Shown here: positions 37,898 through 54,826 of the stretch, piece by piece
Numbering within the stretch: position 1 is the first letter of the stretch
Layout of the letters: every line of letters starts with the position of its first letter
Source: Eledone cirrhosa
Lineage: Eukaryota
Length of the DNA stretch: 64,000 nt
Direction of reading: 5' to 3'
NCBI GenBank assembly: GCA_964016885.1
Contig: OZ024743.1
Span: forward strand, 263,624,001-263,688,000
Translations under genes and position numbers: made by a program
The notes under the pieces: model-generated
Told to the model about the DNA's origin: nothing
Databases searched by the model: none
Seen by the model: only the letters and a program-made list of their open reading frames with translations

Positions 37898-38732
37898 TAG
37901 ATATATAGATATATATATAGATAGATATATAGATATATATATATAGATATATGTGTGTGTGTGTGTGTGTGATAGTGTGCATGTATGTGTTGGAGTTATG
38001 TTTGTGCATTCTTAGTAATCTAATATAGAATGTAAATTTCAAGGAAGCTGATAAAACATCGAAGTAAACGTAAACAAGAATTTAGCATCAAAATTCTCCT
38101 GAAAAGTCTTCGTTGCTTACTAGCATATAGTTACATAGTAGAGACTATCCAATATAAAAGTAGTTTTAGTAATAAGTACTTTTGTTGTAAGGGTAGCAGA
38201 AAGGCGTTCACGAGAGATTCACAACGGTACAATTGATAAAGGTCGCAATTCGATGTTGGACTGATATGTTAGTAGCGATTACTACTTCAGGAAACCGGAG
38301 ATGTAATAATGATGTTCATATTCCATGGTAGCGGAAAAGATCAATAGGCATAGTTAAACATAATAAAGATTTATTTTCTTCTTCATATTAATACAAGTAC
38401 AAGGCGAGTGAAGAACTGCAAATATATCGCATAGTCAAGTTGAACGACAAATGTAATTCTCCGCAGAGTTATATATCGAGAGTACCCTCGGCTTTAGAGG
38501 GCAAGGTGAAGACAATCAGGAAGCGAGTTATACGGTACTACTCAGTAGAAGGTCCCGAACGTAACTGCGGGAGAATTGATAATTAGGCGCGAAATCGACT
38601 GCTGGGCGGAAGTCATTCTTAGTATTCCTACGCCACCAATACTAAGGACTCGCAACTGACCAAGCACGACCAAATTACTCCGCCGCGATAATAGTGTTAA
38701 TACATTCATTGTAAGAAACAATACAAGTCAGA

Positions 38733-38775
38733 ATTCCAGACAGGTTTCGATTTTATTAGATCTCTTCAGTGAAAT
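38733..38775 (-). ncRNA. Minimal type I hammerhead ribozyme
   Basis: rc ATTTCA-CTGAAGA-GAT-CTAATAAA-ATC-GAAA-CCTG-TC-TGGAAT. Confidence 0.8.
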
Positions 38776-39621
38776 ACAATATCACGCACGCGCACACACC
38801 CAAAGTCACACACAAACACGCACACAGTGTGCTTCAAAGTGTGTATTCGAAATGTATTTTTTAAATTGCTAGACATTTCTTTTTAAAAAGTGGTTGAAAA
38901 TTACATAAACACTAGGTAACACCCATCCAATTCATATTCTTTGAGTTTTCAGGTTACTTGGGGAGGAACTCTTAGAGGAGGTTTAAGGTTTACACAAGAC
39001 ATTACAGACTATATAACACATATACATTTCTATTCAAACCTGCCTATACAGCATTCATAATGCTTATGAGGAGAAATAATTCGTCTAGCACCCCGACCCT
39101 GAAACAAATTTCCAGAGAGAATTATCTTCCTTTGTTTTTAAGAATGAACATTTTTCGATATACTAGTCTTACCGTTTGTAACCAGCTTCTTTAAGTTCCT
39201 TTAATATTTTTATGAAATAGCTTACAGCTTAAGCCACGCGCATATAATACATGCCTATCGATTAACTTACAATTTAACTCACGCGCATATTATACATATA
39301 TATCGATTCAAATCATGTAGTGTTGTACCATTATAAGTTAGAGTTTGTTTTGGGAGATACTACTTTGTTCCTGGGGAGAACCTTCCAAGAAGTATAACCA
39401 TAATTCGTGAAGTAACAGTTTTACTTTAAATTTTGTCCTTGCGTCTGACGAGTTATAGTTTAGATGAGTTTTAAAAAAAAGAGTTAATAAATAAATAGAG
39501 TTAATAAATAAATAAAACGTTATACTTGTTTTACGCTCCCATTTCCAATTAAACCAAACGCTACCATGACTGTATGTGTGTGTTTGTCTAAATGTATATC
39601 TATGAATGTATTATGTATTAA

Positions 39622-40302
39622 AGGTATATATTGAGTTAGAAACTCAAAATAGTTTCTTACAATAAAATATCTCTAGGAAATAGATTTTTCAGAGCCGTAT
39701 ATTATAATTGAATATATAAGAAAGACGAACACAGATATATACATACATGTGTTCAAATCGTAAGGGACCAGATTCGCTAAGGTGAAAAGAATACTAACTA
39801 TAGACAATAGGGTTTGCCTAACTCTAGAGCCATTTTATTGTAAGAGACTATTTTGAGTTTCTAACTTAATATATACCTCTGATATATTAGGCTCCGTTAA
39901 TTTGTTGAGCTAATTCAAATGTCGAATAAACCTGGCTGCTATTTTTAGTGGAGTAAGTTTGTGAGACGCGCTAAGTTCAGATACCATGTGTTTTTATATA
40001 TACGCACACTATTCAGTTTCTTAATATACTTAGAAGTGTCTCATCCACTAATGAGCAAGAATTGGCATTCCTATTCACAATTAATTTTGCGAAACAGCAT
40101 TACCAAAAGCTGTCTGGGTGATTGGTAGTTACCACAATTCCGGTTTTTATTTATTTTCTTGATTTATTCTTAAATTGAGTCTGGCAAACCCTATTGTCTA
40201 TAGTTAGTATTCTTTTTACCTTAGGGAATCTGGTCCCTTACGATTTGAACACATATATGTATATATCTGTGTTCGTCTTTCTTTTATATTCAATTATAAT
40301 AT
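39622..40302 (+). mobile_element. Non-coding HHR-bearing element with interleaved inverted repeats (A-B-A'-B')
   Basis: A 39622-39676 / A' 39824-39878; B 39699-39818 / B' 40183-40302. Confidence 0.8.
40041..40121 (+). ncRNA. Type I hammerhead ribozyme with one core substitution
   Basis: TCATCCA-CTAATGA-GCAAGA..TTTTGC-GAAA-CAGC..GCTG-TC-TGGGTGA. Confidence 0.8.
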
Positions 40303-41102
40303 CTATGAATGTATGTATGTTGTGTAAATGTATATGTGTGAATGTATGTATGTTTTTGTGAAAGTATGTATGTTTGTGTGAATCTATGTGTATTTGTGTG
40401 AATTATGTGTGTGAGAGTGTATTTTTATAAGTTTGTGTTTGCGCGATTATAGTTATATACTCATAATAGTTATATACTCATACATATAGATGTATGTATG
40501 TGGACAATCATACGCGCCAAGTGTAGAAAATCATAATCTGTCTATCTCCCTTCTCACAAACTCTCTCTTTCTATATATATATGGTAGTTGAAATGGAGGT
40601 GGTGGTGACGATATACCGGAAGTGCAACTTTGAAAAGAAGTCAATTTGAAATTATTTATTTTTACGAAATTATTTTTGTTTACTAAATTGAGTACATAAA
40701 TTATGTAATATTCATTCATTATTTATTCAAAATAATCCAACTTATTTTACAAACGGGATAAAAATAAAAATAAACCGTACGCAATCCCGCAGACCTTCCT
40801 TTATTATAGTTTAGATAGTGTATCTCACTGTTACATTCAATGCAACATACTTAATTTAACGAGCCCCAAATAATTGTCAATCCCTTGAAATTATACCTAT
40901 CATAATAACAATTGTCGAACAAGACAAGGGGAAGTAGTCGGAAATTTAAATTTGTTAAAAATCAAATGGAGGTAGCCTATAAACTGTCAGCCCGATCTTT
41001 TGTAACGATGGTGGCAATCTCGGACACGTTTCAAATTTATTAGATTACCTCAGTGCAAGATAGATTTGCACGTATTTGCCAGATCGTTTGCCTTATAAGA
41101 TG

Positions 41103-41475
41103 TACTATCGGGTCCCAAATAATAGGGGGGAGAGATGGAATAAGCGGGGGGGGGGGGGGGCATTTCTTAAATTCGGGGACGCAAATGATAAGGAAGGGAG
41201 TTGGAATAAACGTGTGGGGAAGAATCGATATTTGTATTGAGTACGTTCGTAAATATTGTATTTCTTGTAATGTTCTTCTTTTGGCATATATAATGTTTTC
41301 TTTTAATGTAAAATATAATAATTATTAGATTCTCTAACTGCTGTATCGATATGAATCACTTACAATAAAATTTCGCTGGAGATAGAATAGCAAAATTTAG
41401 TAAGCAGGGTAGGGGCTGGAAACATCTGAAACATTTATAAACTGGGGTGGGACGATTATTCAAGACCTGAGAGTA
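41103..41475. mobile_element. TA-flanked MITE-like element
   Basis: Imperfect TIRs TACTATCGGGTCCCAAATAAT / ATTATTCAAGACCTGAGAGTA; internal AATAAGC-G-rich repeats. Confidence 0.55.
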
Positions 41476-41693
41476 GTTACTTATGAGAAAGCTAGACTGT
41501 TACGTCGTGTAAGGAATGGAAATATACTACCACTAAGCTGAGAATGCGATGCTGTTTCGATTTTAACTCGAAGCTGTTTCCAATAGAATAGACACGACTA
41601 CATATCATATCCTTTTCAAAAGTAAATCCGAAATCTTGAGATTGTACCGAAAAAAACCCCCTCATTTTAAGATGAGCAACAAAGAATAAAATA

Positions 41694-41788
41694 CAGGGTG
41701 TCCCGAACATGTATACACACTTCAACAGCATTCTAATACATATTGCCTGTACAGGTAAAGTGTGTATACATATTTTTAGGACACCCTG
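41694..41788. mobile_element. 95-bp Tc1/mariner MITE
   Basis: TA-CAGGGTGTCC..ATGTATACACACTT / AAGTGTGTATACAT..GGACACCCTG-TA. Confidence 0.85.
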
Positions 41789-41907
41789 TAGATTTAATCT
41801 TGGGTGAGGTATCGTCGTTAATTCGCTGACACTGCTGATGACATTAGCAAAGGCATAAACGTGTTAATATCAATAACATGTCCTTTGCATATAATTAGGT
41901 GTGAGAG

Positions 41908-41979
<72 letters not shown>

Positions 41980-42519
41980 AGATATTCAAAGACATTTTTT
42001 AACGGTTTCAGTCATTAGACTGCGGCCATGCTGGAACACAGGTTTTAATTCATCGACCATATCAAACGCAGTACTTATGTTTTTATGTCAGTTGCATATT
42101 TTATCGATCCCATTTTTGTTACATCCTTCTTACATCTACCCACTTAATGTCGGTAGAGAAAGAGAGAGAAAGTGTGTGTATGTGTGTGTGTGTGCGTGCG
42201 TGATTGTATGTGTGCGTTTGTGTGTGTGTGTGTGTGTCAGTCAGTGTGTGATGGCGAGAAAGTGAGAAAGCGATATGGAGGAAGGGTTGACTTGGAGAAA
42301 GAAGGGCTCTGTCAGGTTTAAAATGCACAAGAAACATCATATGTCACTTTAGCGCACCTACGACTGCACAAGCAGTTATGCTTCCATACATTACATACAA
42401 AGCTAAATGCTATCCGACATTTTGAGGACAGCTGTAATGATTCCGTTATCTATGAAATCATTGTTACTACCAATATTAATTATTTCCAGTTGGCGAGGAG
42501 GAAACTCATTCATCATGTG

Positions 42520-43309
<790 letters not shown>

Positions 43310-43819
43310 TTCTACTATGACATTCTGGCCAGTTATAAGTTATAAAACGTAGGATTGAATTGATTATTCATTGTTTTTATGGTTTCTTATTTCATGATTA
43401 TTCTTGATTGTGTCGAACTATTGCACTTAGGTGTTAGATATACAGATTCATTACTTCATACACGTCAAGTCTCCATCCAGCGTTCATATAGCATTCTAAA
43501 GGCTCAGTGTATTGGGTGAATTAATAAAAGTCTATTTTTATTCCAGTATTCAGATTTCTTTTGAAGTAGAGACGTTGTTATTGTTATTCAAACTCAAGCC
43601 AGTTTCTATTAATCAAAAGGCGTTCCAACCTTGCCCACCAGGCTTTTAGATACAGTGAATTTCTATATTGTATGTCGTGTTATATTAATTTCCCACTTAT
43701 GTTCTCGAATTATACAGCCTAATACTAGACTTTCTTGAATCATATAATTATATATTAGTGTATAATATTTTGATATCGTGTATAATTTGATATCGTATTA
43801 TTAGTGAGTTCTATGTGCA

Positions 43820-43970
43820 AGCCGGCGAATTATCAGAATTGTTAGAACGTCATGTAGAATGCTTTGTGCTATTCGTCCCGGCTCACAGCACACTGAGCTC
43901 AATTCTGTCAACTTTGCCTTTCGTCCTTTTGAGATCAGGAAAAAAGTACCAGTCTAGTACTGGGTCGATT
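43820..43970 (+). mobile_element. Degenerate SINE
   Basis: CAACTTTGCCTTTCGTCC..AAGTACCAGT..ACTGGGTCGAT. Confidence 0.55.
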
Positions 43971-44619
43971 AGTCTTCTATATCTCTTTCTCACTTCCTCC
44001 CTATCACTCACTGTTTTTCTCTCTAACCGTCTCTGAAAGAAATCGGATTAAAAAGTCTGGTCAGCAGGATATGAGATGGTCTATGGTAGGAGTAAAATGC
44101 CGCCAAACGCCGAATTTCACTATGGCGGCCCTAACACACTGTCGGGAATTGCGGGTAAAAAGAAAATAAGTTTCATATGCATATAAAATAGTAATGTCTC
44201 AAGCATGCTCTTTCATTGGTCGAGCGACTTGAACAATGATCAGTGGAACCATTGGAGTCTCAACAACAACAAAATAAGTCCCATAGTGTGTTAAGTAGTA
44301 TTTCCATACTTATACACACGTATATACGTTCCCAATAAAAAATTGACTGTAATCAGCGTGTCTCTGCCGACGTGTAATAACCTTTCTATCACCATACGGA
44401 TTCGACTAAAATATCTGTCGTAACAAATGCAAAAATGAATTCTATTCCGTTGAAACTGTTATCCGTTATTTAAGTCAACCTATAACAACACTATTCAGAC
44501 GTGCTCCATGTTTGTCGTCTGGAGGAATAATCATGCAACTTAAGCAACAGCATACAGGCACACTTCAATATCAGACCTGTAAACTCTCCCTGTCCGACAG
44601 GCAGATCTCCCACCCACTG

Positions 44620-44970
44620 TGCCTCTCCTTTGTTCTGTCCTACGCCATTTTGAGAAACAAAATGGCGTAGTACAGAACAAAGGAGAGGCAGAGAAACAAA
44701 GAAAGGAACCCCCAGTCACTGAAGAGGTCACAGAGTGTGTGACGAAAGAACTATGACAATATATAAACAACTATCTGGTTGTGGAACCAACCAACCAACC
44801 AGAAATTTATAAATTTATAAATTTATTATAAATTTATTATAATAAATTGAAGTGAAAGCAACTGGTGCGTGTGTTTCTTATTGGCAACATGACCCTCCCA
44901 AAGTATAACAATATCGCTTTCAACACACGATTTCAGATAAAGAATCTTGCTAAACAAATTCAGAAACGAA
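44620..44970 (+). mobile_element. PLE pLTR fragment (same family as 36744-37776) with short 5' foldback
   Basis: Matches 37550-37776 and rc of 36744-36900; IR ~44620-44651 / 44659-44690; ends in (TA)n. Confidence 0.85.
44715..44757 (+). ncRNA. Minimal type I hammerhead ribozyme
   Basis: GTCA-CTGAAGA-G-GTCAC-AGAGTGT-GTGAC-GAAA-GAAC-TA-TGAC. Confidence 0.8.
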
Positions 44971-45121
44971 ATATATATATATATATATTGTATATATATA
45001 TGTGTATATATATATATATATGTGTATATATATATATGTGTATATATATATATGTGTATATATATATATATAATATATATATATATACATATATAAATAT
45101 ATATATATACATACACACATA

Positions 45122-45181
<60 letters not shown>

Positions 45182-45189
45182 TACATATA

Positions 45190-45242
<53 letters not shown>

Positions 45243-45261
45243 ATATATATATACATATATA

Positions 45262-45734
<473 letters not shown>

Positions 45735-45735
45735 C

Positions 45736-45807
<72 letters not shown>

Positions 45808-45828
45808 ATACATATATATAAATATATA

Positions 45829-45889
<61 letters not shown>

Positions 45890-45891
45890 CA

Positions 45892-46014
<123 letters not shown>

Positions 46015-46028
46015 TTATATATATGTAT

Positions 46029-46067
<39 letters not shown>

Positions 46068-46107
46068 CGATATTAGCAAATGGAAACTATATTTATAAAA
46101 CCATATT

Positions 46108-46174
46108 TATTTCATTATACATATTTCAAGGATACCAAGTTAAATTATCGTAAATGTTTTCATCAGATAAAATA
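46108..46174 (-). ncRNA. Type I hammerhead ribozyme (weak helix II)
   Basis: rc TATTTTAT-CTGATGA-AA..TT-GAAA-TATGTA-TA-ATGAAATA. Confidence 0.7.
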
Positions 46175-46186
46175 AGAGGACATGAT

Positions 46187-48595
46187 ATGAAGGTTAAAAA
46201 ACACTTGGATTATTACAACATAACCAATTCAACTAAAGACATTCCTATACCTGGTAAATCTGAATTCACCAAACTTCTAATTGAAAAAACTGACTCCTTT
46301 GTAAGAAGACTTAGATGGATAGCTTATTTCTATGACCAGCGCCTAAAAGGGAACTTCTATACCAAGGAACATAATTTCCTCGATCATCTATTTAATTCTA
46401 GAAGAAATCCTACTTCCAACACAAATCCAGTGCAATTCGAGGAAGAGTTAACAAATATTATAAAAAATCTTAAATTCAAGAGATACCCTTACAAAGGACA
46501 AGAGCACCTTGTAAATCTCAAGAACACAATTTCAAACCTAAATTCCTCAAAAAATGTTTTAGTCCACTCTGACAAAACCAATAATTTATATGGTATTTCC
46601 AAGGATAATTATAACAACCTTATCCTAAAGGAACTTAGGAAAAAATATCGTAAAACCAACCATGATAATTTAGAATCCATAAACTTTGAAGCCTCTGAGA
46701 TTATGTCAAAACTTGGCATCGGAAAAAAGACCGAACCATTCCTCCCAAGAACTCCGAGGATAAATCTCAAGGATCACAAAAACAATTTTCGCACTGAACT
46801 ACCTGTTAGATTAATCGCCCCCTCTAAATCAGATCTGGGGGTTGTTAGTAAAGCCATCTTGGATAGAATTATCCCACAGGTTCGTTCTAATTGCTCTTCT
46901 TTGAACTTAAATTTATGGTTTGGTACTTCTGAAGTGATTGGCTGGTTCAAACTAAAATTTGTTCAATTTGATATTGCCAGCTACTATTCTTCTATTTCGC
47001 CTTCACTTCTCAACAATGCTCTATCTTTCGCATTTAAATATTCTGACATCACCACAGATGAACTTCACATCATTCTCATCGCACGTAAAACCATCCTTGA
47101 GTTCAACAATGAATATTGGACCAGAGCTGATACCTCTAACAACTTCGACATCACAATGGGAGCATCTGATTCATCCCAATTGACAGATTTAATTGGTATC
47201 TTTATTTTGAACTCTTTGAGTCGGAAAATTCCTCAACTTCGCGGTGGAATTTATCGTGACGATGGACTCTTTACTATCTTAAATTGCAACACAGTTAACC
47301 TTAATATTATTAAGAACAATATACGTAATCTCTTTAACCAACATAACCTAAAAATTGAATTTGATAACAGCATCAAACTAGCTAATTTCTTGGATGTATC
47401 TCTTAATCTTGACACTGGCCTATATTACCCTTACCATAAAAACAATGAGAACCTAAATTATGTTAATTTTAAATCTAACCACCCTACCAATATTAAGAAT
47501 GCCATAGTTAGTAATATTGGAAAAAGAATATCTAACCTATCTTCTAATAAAAACATCTTCGATGCTAACGCCAATTACTATAATAACGCTCTTTCTAAAG
47601 CCGGCTATCCTAATAAAATCAAATATAATAAAGAAACAAATTCTAGAAGATCTTACAGTAGAATAATTAATCATGATCATTCCAATAACTTTAATAAAAG
47701 ACCTAGATACAAAAACATAATCTGGTATAATGCTCCTTTCTCCATCTCTATTAATAATAATAATATTCCTAAATTATTCTTTAGTGCCTTAAATAAATGC
47801 TTCCCTCCCTCACATATCTATAGTAAAATATTTAACAAACACACTATAACATTTTCTTATTCGACCTCCTCCAACATTTCCAACATTATCTCTAAACACA
47901 ACAATAAAATACTAAATACTAAATCTCTTCCTTCCAACACTGAATATCATAATAATAGTAATAGTACTCCAGACGTCATTGTAAACTCTAGGCTAATTTC
48001 TGCAAACCCAAATACAACGTCAAACACAACTTCGCTAAATGTTCTTAATCCCATTCTAAATCAAGAAACTATTATTCCTATCGCCAATAACTTCTCCAAT
48101 CCAATTCCTTCTATAGATAACACTAGGTCACTCGTTAATAATCTCTCTAATCGCAATTGCAATTGCCCTGCTAAAAATAAATGTCCTCTCAACAACCATT
48201 GTCTTGATAAAAACTTAATTTACGAATGTAAAGTTATAACTGACACCAATTCCTTCACCTATTTTGGCTCCACTTCCACCTCCTTTAAAGCTCGTCTTTA
48301 TAATCATCATTCGTCTTTTAAATATAAACTTAAAAGAACCAACACGGCTCTCTCAGAACTCATATGGTCCTTGAAAGACAAAAATATTAAATATAACATC
48401 TCTTGGAAAAAGGTTTCCTCTGCTTTCTCATACTTGAACAGTTCTCTATCCAAGACTTGCAATCTCTGTCTAAATGAAAAATTTACCATTATATCTTAGA
48501 TTTATAATTTAGATTCTATAATAAATAGACGCACTGACTTGTTTTCTATCTGCTTGCATAAATTTCACAGAACTTTCCATAAAGTATACAGCTAA
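46187..48595 (+). pseudogene. Naiad-type PLE RT + GIY-YIG ORF with premature TAG at 48497-48499
   Basis: SDKT, QFDI, ITMG, YRDD, FLDV; CNCPAKNKC; IY..YFG; CNLC; homology (INRRTDLFSICLHK) continues past the stop; ~7-aa deletion before QFDI relative to the 56110 ORF. Confidence 0.88.
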
Positions 48596-48835
48596 TATGA
48601 TAAAATTTATCAATTCAGAATCCTTTTCTCAAAGGCACACATATATATATATATATATACTTCTTTGAAAATATACCCATCTTTCTACCTTATTTCAAAG
48701 TTATTTATTATATTTATTATATTCTACATCACTCCTAATTTCTAACCCCTAATCTGTACCTTTTCTCACTGTGCCTAACATAGAAACAATTATTACACAA
48801 TACACCATATTCTTACTTCATATCACCTTGATAAA

Positions 48836-48956
<121 letters not shown>

Positions 48957-48995
48957 CATATATACATATATATATATATACATATATATATATAC

Positions 48996-49040
<45 letters not shown>

Positions 49041-49057
49041 CATATATATATATACAC

Positions 49058-49158
<101 letters not shown>

Positions 49159-49173
49159 CATATATATATATAC

Positions 49174-49206
<33 letters not shown>

Positions 49207-49221
49207 CAGATATATATATAC

Positions 49222-49340
<119 letters not shown>

Positions 49341-49365
49341 TATATACATATATATATATATATAC

Positions 49366-49538
<173 letters not shown>

Positions 49539-49539
49539 C

Positions 49540-49614
<75 letters not shown>

Positions 49615-49699
49615 TATATACATATATAGATACATATATATATATATATACATATATATATACATATATATATACATATATATATACATATATAGATAC

Positions 49700-50337
<638 letters not shown>

Positions 50338-50355
50338 GTATATATATACATATAC

Positions 50356-50386
<31 letters not shown>

Positions 50387-50477
50387 GATATACATATATA
50401 TACATATATGTACATATATATATATACATATATATACATATATATATACATATATATATACATATATATACATATAT

Positions 50478-50540
<63 letters not shown>

Positions 50541-50545
50541 TATAC

Positions 50546-50603
<58 letters not shown>

Positions 50604-51050
50604 ATATACATATATACATATATATATATATATACATATGCACGTATATATAGTACCGGTGTGTGTGAAAAATGCTTTAATAATACAGACCCCATGATGC
50701 TATTGATTGCCTGCTTTAACTGCTTGTTTTACATGTATCAATCTGCCGCACTATAATACTGTATAAATAAGACACTTGTCCATGCCACACGTGAGACTGT
50801 TTCGTACACTGACTACTCTAAACTTTCCTCTTGCTTTATCTTCATAAACTGCCAATGTTTTATTTTTATTTTTATTTATTTTAATTTTAATTTTAACTTT
50901 AATTTTGTCCTTTAATATGAATGTATGTAAATTGCCATATTATTATATTATTATGATGGATGTCAACCCACTGTGGGTCAATATATACATATGTTTTTAT
51001 ATGTCTCTTGTGTTGAAAAGGAGGTCAAGTATGTAAAAATCACTAAATAG

Positions 51051-51099
51051 TTGCTCCGAATAACCCAAACCTCGGTTTGGAGGAAACAATTGTAAGCAA
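51051..51099 (+). ncRNA. Decayed hammerhead-like motif
   Basis: TTGCT-CCGAATA-..CCAAAC-CTCG-GTTTGG-..GAAA-CAATTG-TA-AGCAA; helices intact, core mutated. Confidence 0.55.
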
Positions 51100-51391
51100 A
51101 TAAATGATTTAAACTGAACTTTGATTCATGTAATTTCTATATAACTGCTCTGTAAAACAACTGATGTTATTGCATTGAGCTATTTATCTTACTGGTAATA
51201 AGATAGTAATGAATTACTGTCTTCCACTATTAGGGGTTTAACATATATATAACTATATAAGGTTTTATTATATACATAACCATAAATAGTATCCTTAATA
51301 CATATATGTATATATATATATACACATAAATATATATATATATACACATATATATATATATATATATATACATATATATGTATGTACACAC

Positions 51392-51422
<31 letters not shown>

Positions 51423-51449
51423 TATATATATGTATACATATGTTAAATA

Positions 51450-51463
51450 CACACACACATATA

Positions 51464-51494
<31 letters not shown>

Positions 51495-52107
51495 GTATAT
51501 CTATGTGTGTATATATGTCTATATTCGTATGTGTATATATATATATATATATATATTATTTATTATTATAATATAACTTATGTGTATGTGTGTATATGTG
51601 AGGGTGTGTATATGTATATATATGTATATATATGTGTAAAAATATATATGTGTATGTGTGTTTTTTGTGTGTGTGTATATATATGTATGTATATATGTGT
51701 GTATGTGTGTGTTTGTATGTGTGTTTATGGTTGTATGTGTGTGTGGGTGTATATATATAAATGTATGTGTATATATATATATATATGTGTATATGTATCT
51801 CTATTAATGTGTGTATATATGTATATGTATATACCTTTTTCTTTGTATGTCTGAGTTGTGTGAGAGTGTAGTGGTGTTTGTATGTATATACGCATATATG
51901 GATGCGTATGTATTTGTATATATGAGTATATGTAAGTGCGTATGTATGTATCAATATATATCTATGTCTATGTATGAGTATATATGTGTGTGTATGTATG
52001 TTGTGTGTGTATGTATGTATGTGTCTATGTGTGTATATATATATATATATGTGTGTATATGTATGTATATATGTGTATGTATGTACATATATGTCTATGT
52101 ATATGTG

Positions 52108-52180
<73 letters not shown>

Positions 52181-52697
52181 TTATTTTATATATATGTGTG
52201 TGTGTGTATGTGTGTGTGTGTATATATATCTTTATATATGTGTATGTGTATGTTCGTGTAGGTGTATGTGTGTGTATGACTATATATGTATGTGTGTATG
52301 TGTGTATGTATGTATATGTATGTGTGTATACATGTATGTATGTGTATGTATATATATGTGTGTATATGTGTATGTATATATATATATATATGTGTATATA
52401 TATATATATATATATGTATATGTTTCTCTATTTGTATGTGTATATGTGTATAGGTATATACCTTTTTCTTTGTATGTCTGAGTTGTGTGAGAGTGTAGTG
52501 GTGTTTGTATGTATATACCGATATATGGATGCGTAAGTATTTGTGTGTATGTATGTATGTATGTCTGTATGTATTTGTGTGTATATATAGGTATGTATGT
52601 GTATATCTGTATGTATATAAGTATGTATGTGTATGTATATGTGCGTGTATGTGTATATATATGTGTGTCTATATATGTATGTGTGATTATATGTGTA

Positions 52698-52730
<33 letters not shown>

Positions 52731-52824
52731 TTAAATGTATGTGTGTATATGTGTGTATGTGCGTATATGTATATGTTTATATATGTGTGTGTATGTGTGT
52801 TCTAAGTGTAGATGTGTGTATATG

Positions 52825-52896
<72 letters not shown>

Positions 52897-53880
52897 TATA
52901 TTTTCTTGATATATTTCTTTTTTCTTTTTTCTTTTTCTTTTCTTTCCTTTTTAATTTTTATTTTTTATTTCTTAGTTTATAGATACATCTATAAATAAGC
53001 AGTCTGCCCAAACCGTTGAATACTGACCTCTCCCCCCCCCCTCCCACCTAATTTCTGTATCTTGATCTAAATGTGTGTGGCAGTGTTTATGTGAGTGAAT
53101 TAATATCCATGTGCTTATGATAATATTATATCCACATATATATATGTGTGTGGGGGTGTGTGTGTGTATGTATGTTCGTAATTATGTGTATGTTTATGCA
53201 TATACGCGCGCGTGTGTGTGAGTGTACGGATATGTGTGAGTATGAGAATATGTGTATACACTTATTTCATATTTATGTGTCTATACGCATCTTATCTGTG
53301 CATTATAAACTTACAGAGACATTAACCTTGAAATTTTGTATTTGCATGCATCTTTTTGGCATGCGTATGCATGTTTAGCATACATCTTTGTATAAATTTG
53401 TGTACGGGGTAGTTATATGTATATACACACACCAAACTGCATAAAACCTTTTGTATTTTCATTGGTCAATTTTGTTCCCAAACGGACCTGAAATTTTGAA
53501 TTGTTGTTATTATCAATAAATATATTTCATTATTTCTGAAGACGGCGTATATGTGTGTTTGGTATGTATATTTAATCTTGATAGTTTGTATAATTTTGTA
53601 TAATTTTGTACATAGATCTGTTGAATATGCATGCCAATTCTAACACATATATAACCTAGAAACGATCGTTAAATAATGAACTTTTTTTGTTTAATATAAG
53701 GAACTGTTTCATTGTTTTATTCATTATTTGTTTAATATTTTATCTTGACTCTGTATACCGTTTATCTTTCACCGAAAGTGATTTTTCATTACATCTCTTC
53801 TTTCCATGATAACCGGAATACATTGAGTTCTTCATACGGATTGGACACTACCGTAAACTCTTGGTAGATTTATCTACATA
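51450..53880 (+). mobile_element. 3' UTR + pLTR copy of the Naiad at 55551 (HHR 53526-53680)
   Basis: Collinear with ~60080-62686 including unique spacers between microsatellites. Confidence 0.9.
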
Positions 53881-53943
53881 TATTTACATATATATACATA
53901 TATATATACATATATATACATATATATACATATATATATATAC

Positions 53944-54064
<121 letters not shown>

Positions 54065-54065
54065 C

Positions 54066-54096
<31 letters not shown>

Positions 54097-54195
54097 CATA
54101 TATATATATGTATATATATACATATACATATATATATAAATATATATATATATACATATATATATACATATACATATATACATATATATATATAC

Positions 54196-54250
<55 letters not shown>

Positions 54251-54251
54251 C

Positions 54252-54344
<93 letters not shown>

Positions 54345-54359
54345 TATATACATATATAT

Positions 54360-54826
54360 ATGGTGGGTACCAACTCATTTTCGAGTACGGCCACTACTTT
54401 ATATCCATGTAGGTGAACACCTATCGATGTGTGACTTTTTAGTCCAGCCAGCGACTTGAAAACTCTGGTACAAATACTACACTTGTGACAATTATCGACA
54501 CATAGTGCTGGGCCCATGGTACCATGTAACGACAAGTGCAGATAGATCTCCATATATAATATCAATGCCTGTGCCGTGAAGCTTTTATAGTGAGCAAAGG
54601 CACTGAACAAAGCCAGTCCCACTCACTTAACCAAGATGATATTTACCAAAAAGAAGAACAAGTCAACATCATTGGATACCATCAGAGTTGCAGGTGTTAT
54701 ATCAGAGTTTTCCTTCTCCTAGAATTCTGCCTTGACAAAGGCTAAGGGGTCATCTCTCCCGGTGACTTTGGATGGCCATTGACTCTGAAGAGCTCCTTTG
54801 CCCTTTGACAGGTTTTGTTTTTAGTC
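54360..54826 (-). mobile_element. RTE-like 3' fragment, copy 3
   Basis: [20 protein letters not shown]; similarity to copies 1 and 2. Confidence 0.55.

Larger units (their letters stand above)
46068..48830 (+). mobile_element. Naiad-type PLE with inverted 5' pLTR fragment
   Basis: 46068-46176 is related to the pLTR at 34255-34623; long RT+GIY-YIG ORF follows; (TA)n flanks. Confidence 0.85.

Noticed and set aside
40515-40817. Possible Helitron/Helentron-like element ending TTATTATAGTTTAGAT
   Set aside because: Only a terminal resemblance; no second copy or diagnostic hairpin confirmed
42403-42517. Possible host exon ([13 protein letters not shown]..)
   Set aside because: No recognisable homology or clear splice context
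48497-48499. Selenocysteine readthrough in the Naiad ORF (some Naiads are selenoproteins)
   Set aside because: The internal stop is TAG, not TGA; conserved Cys positions use Cys codons in both ORFs and no convincing SECIS was seen
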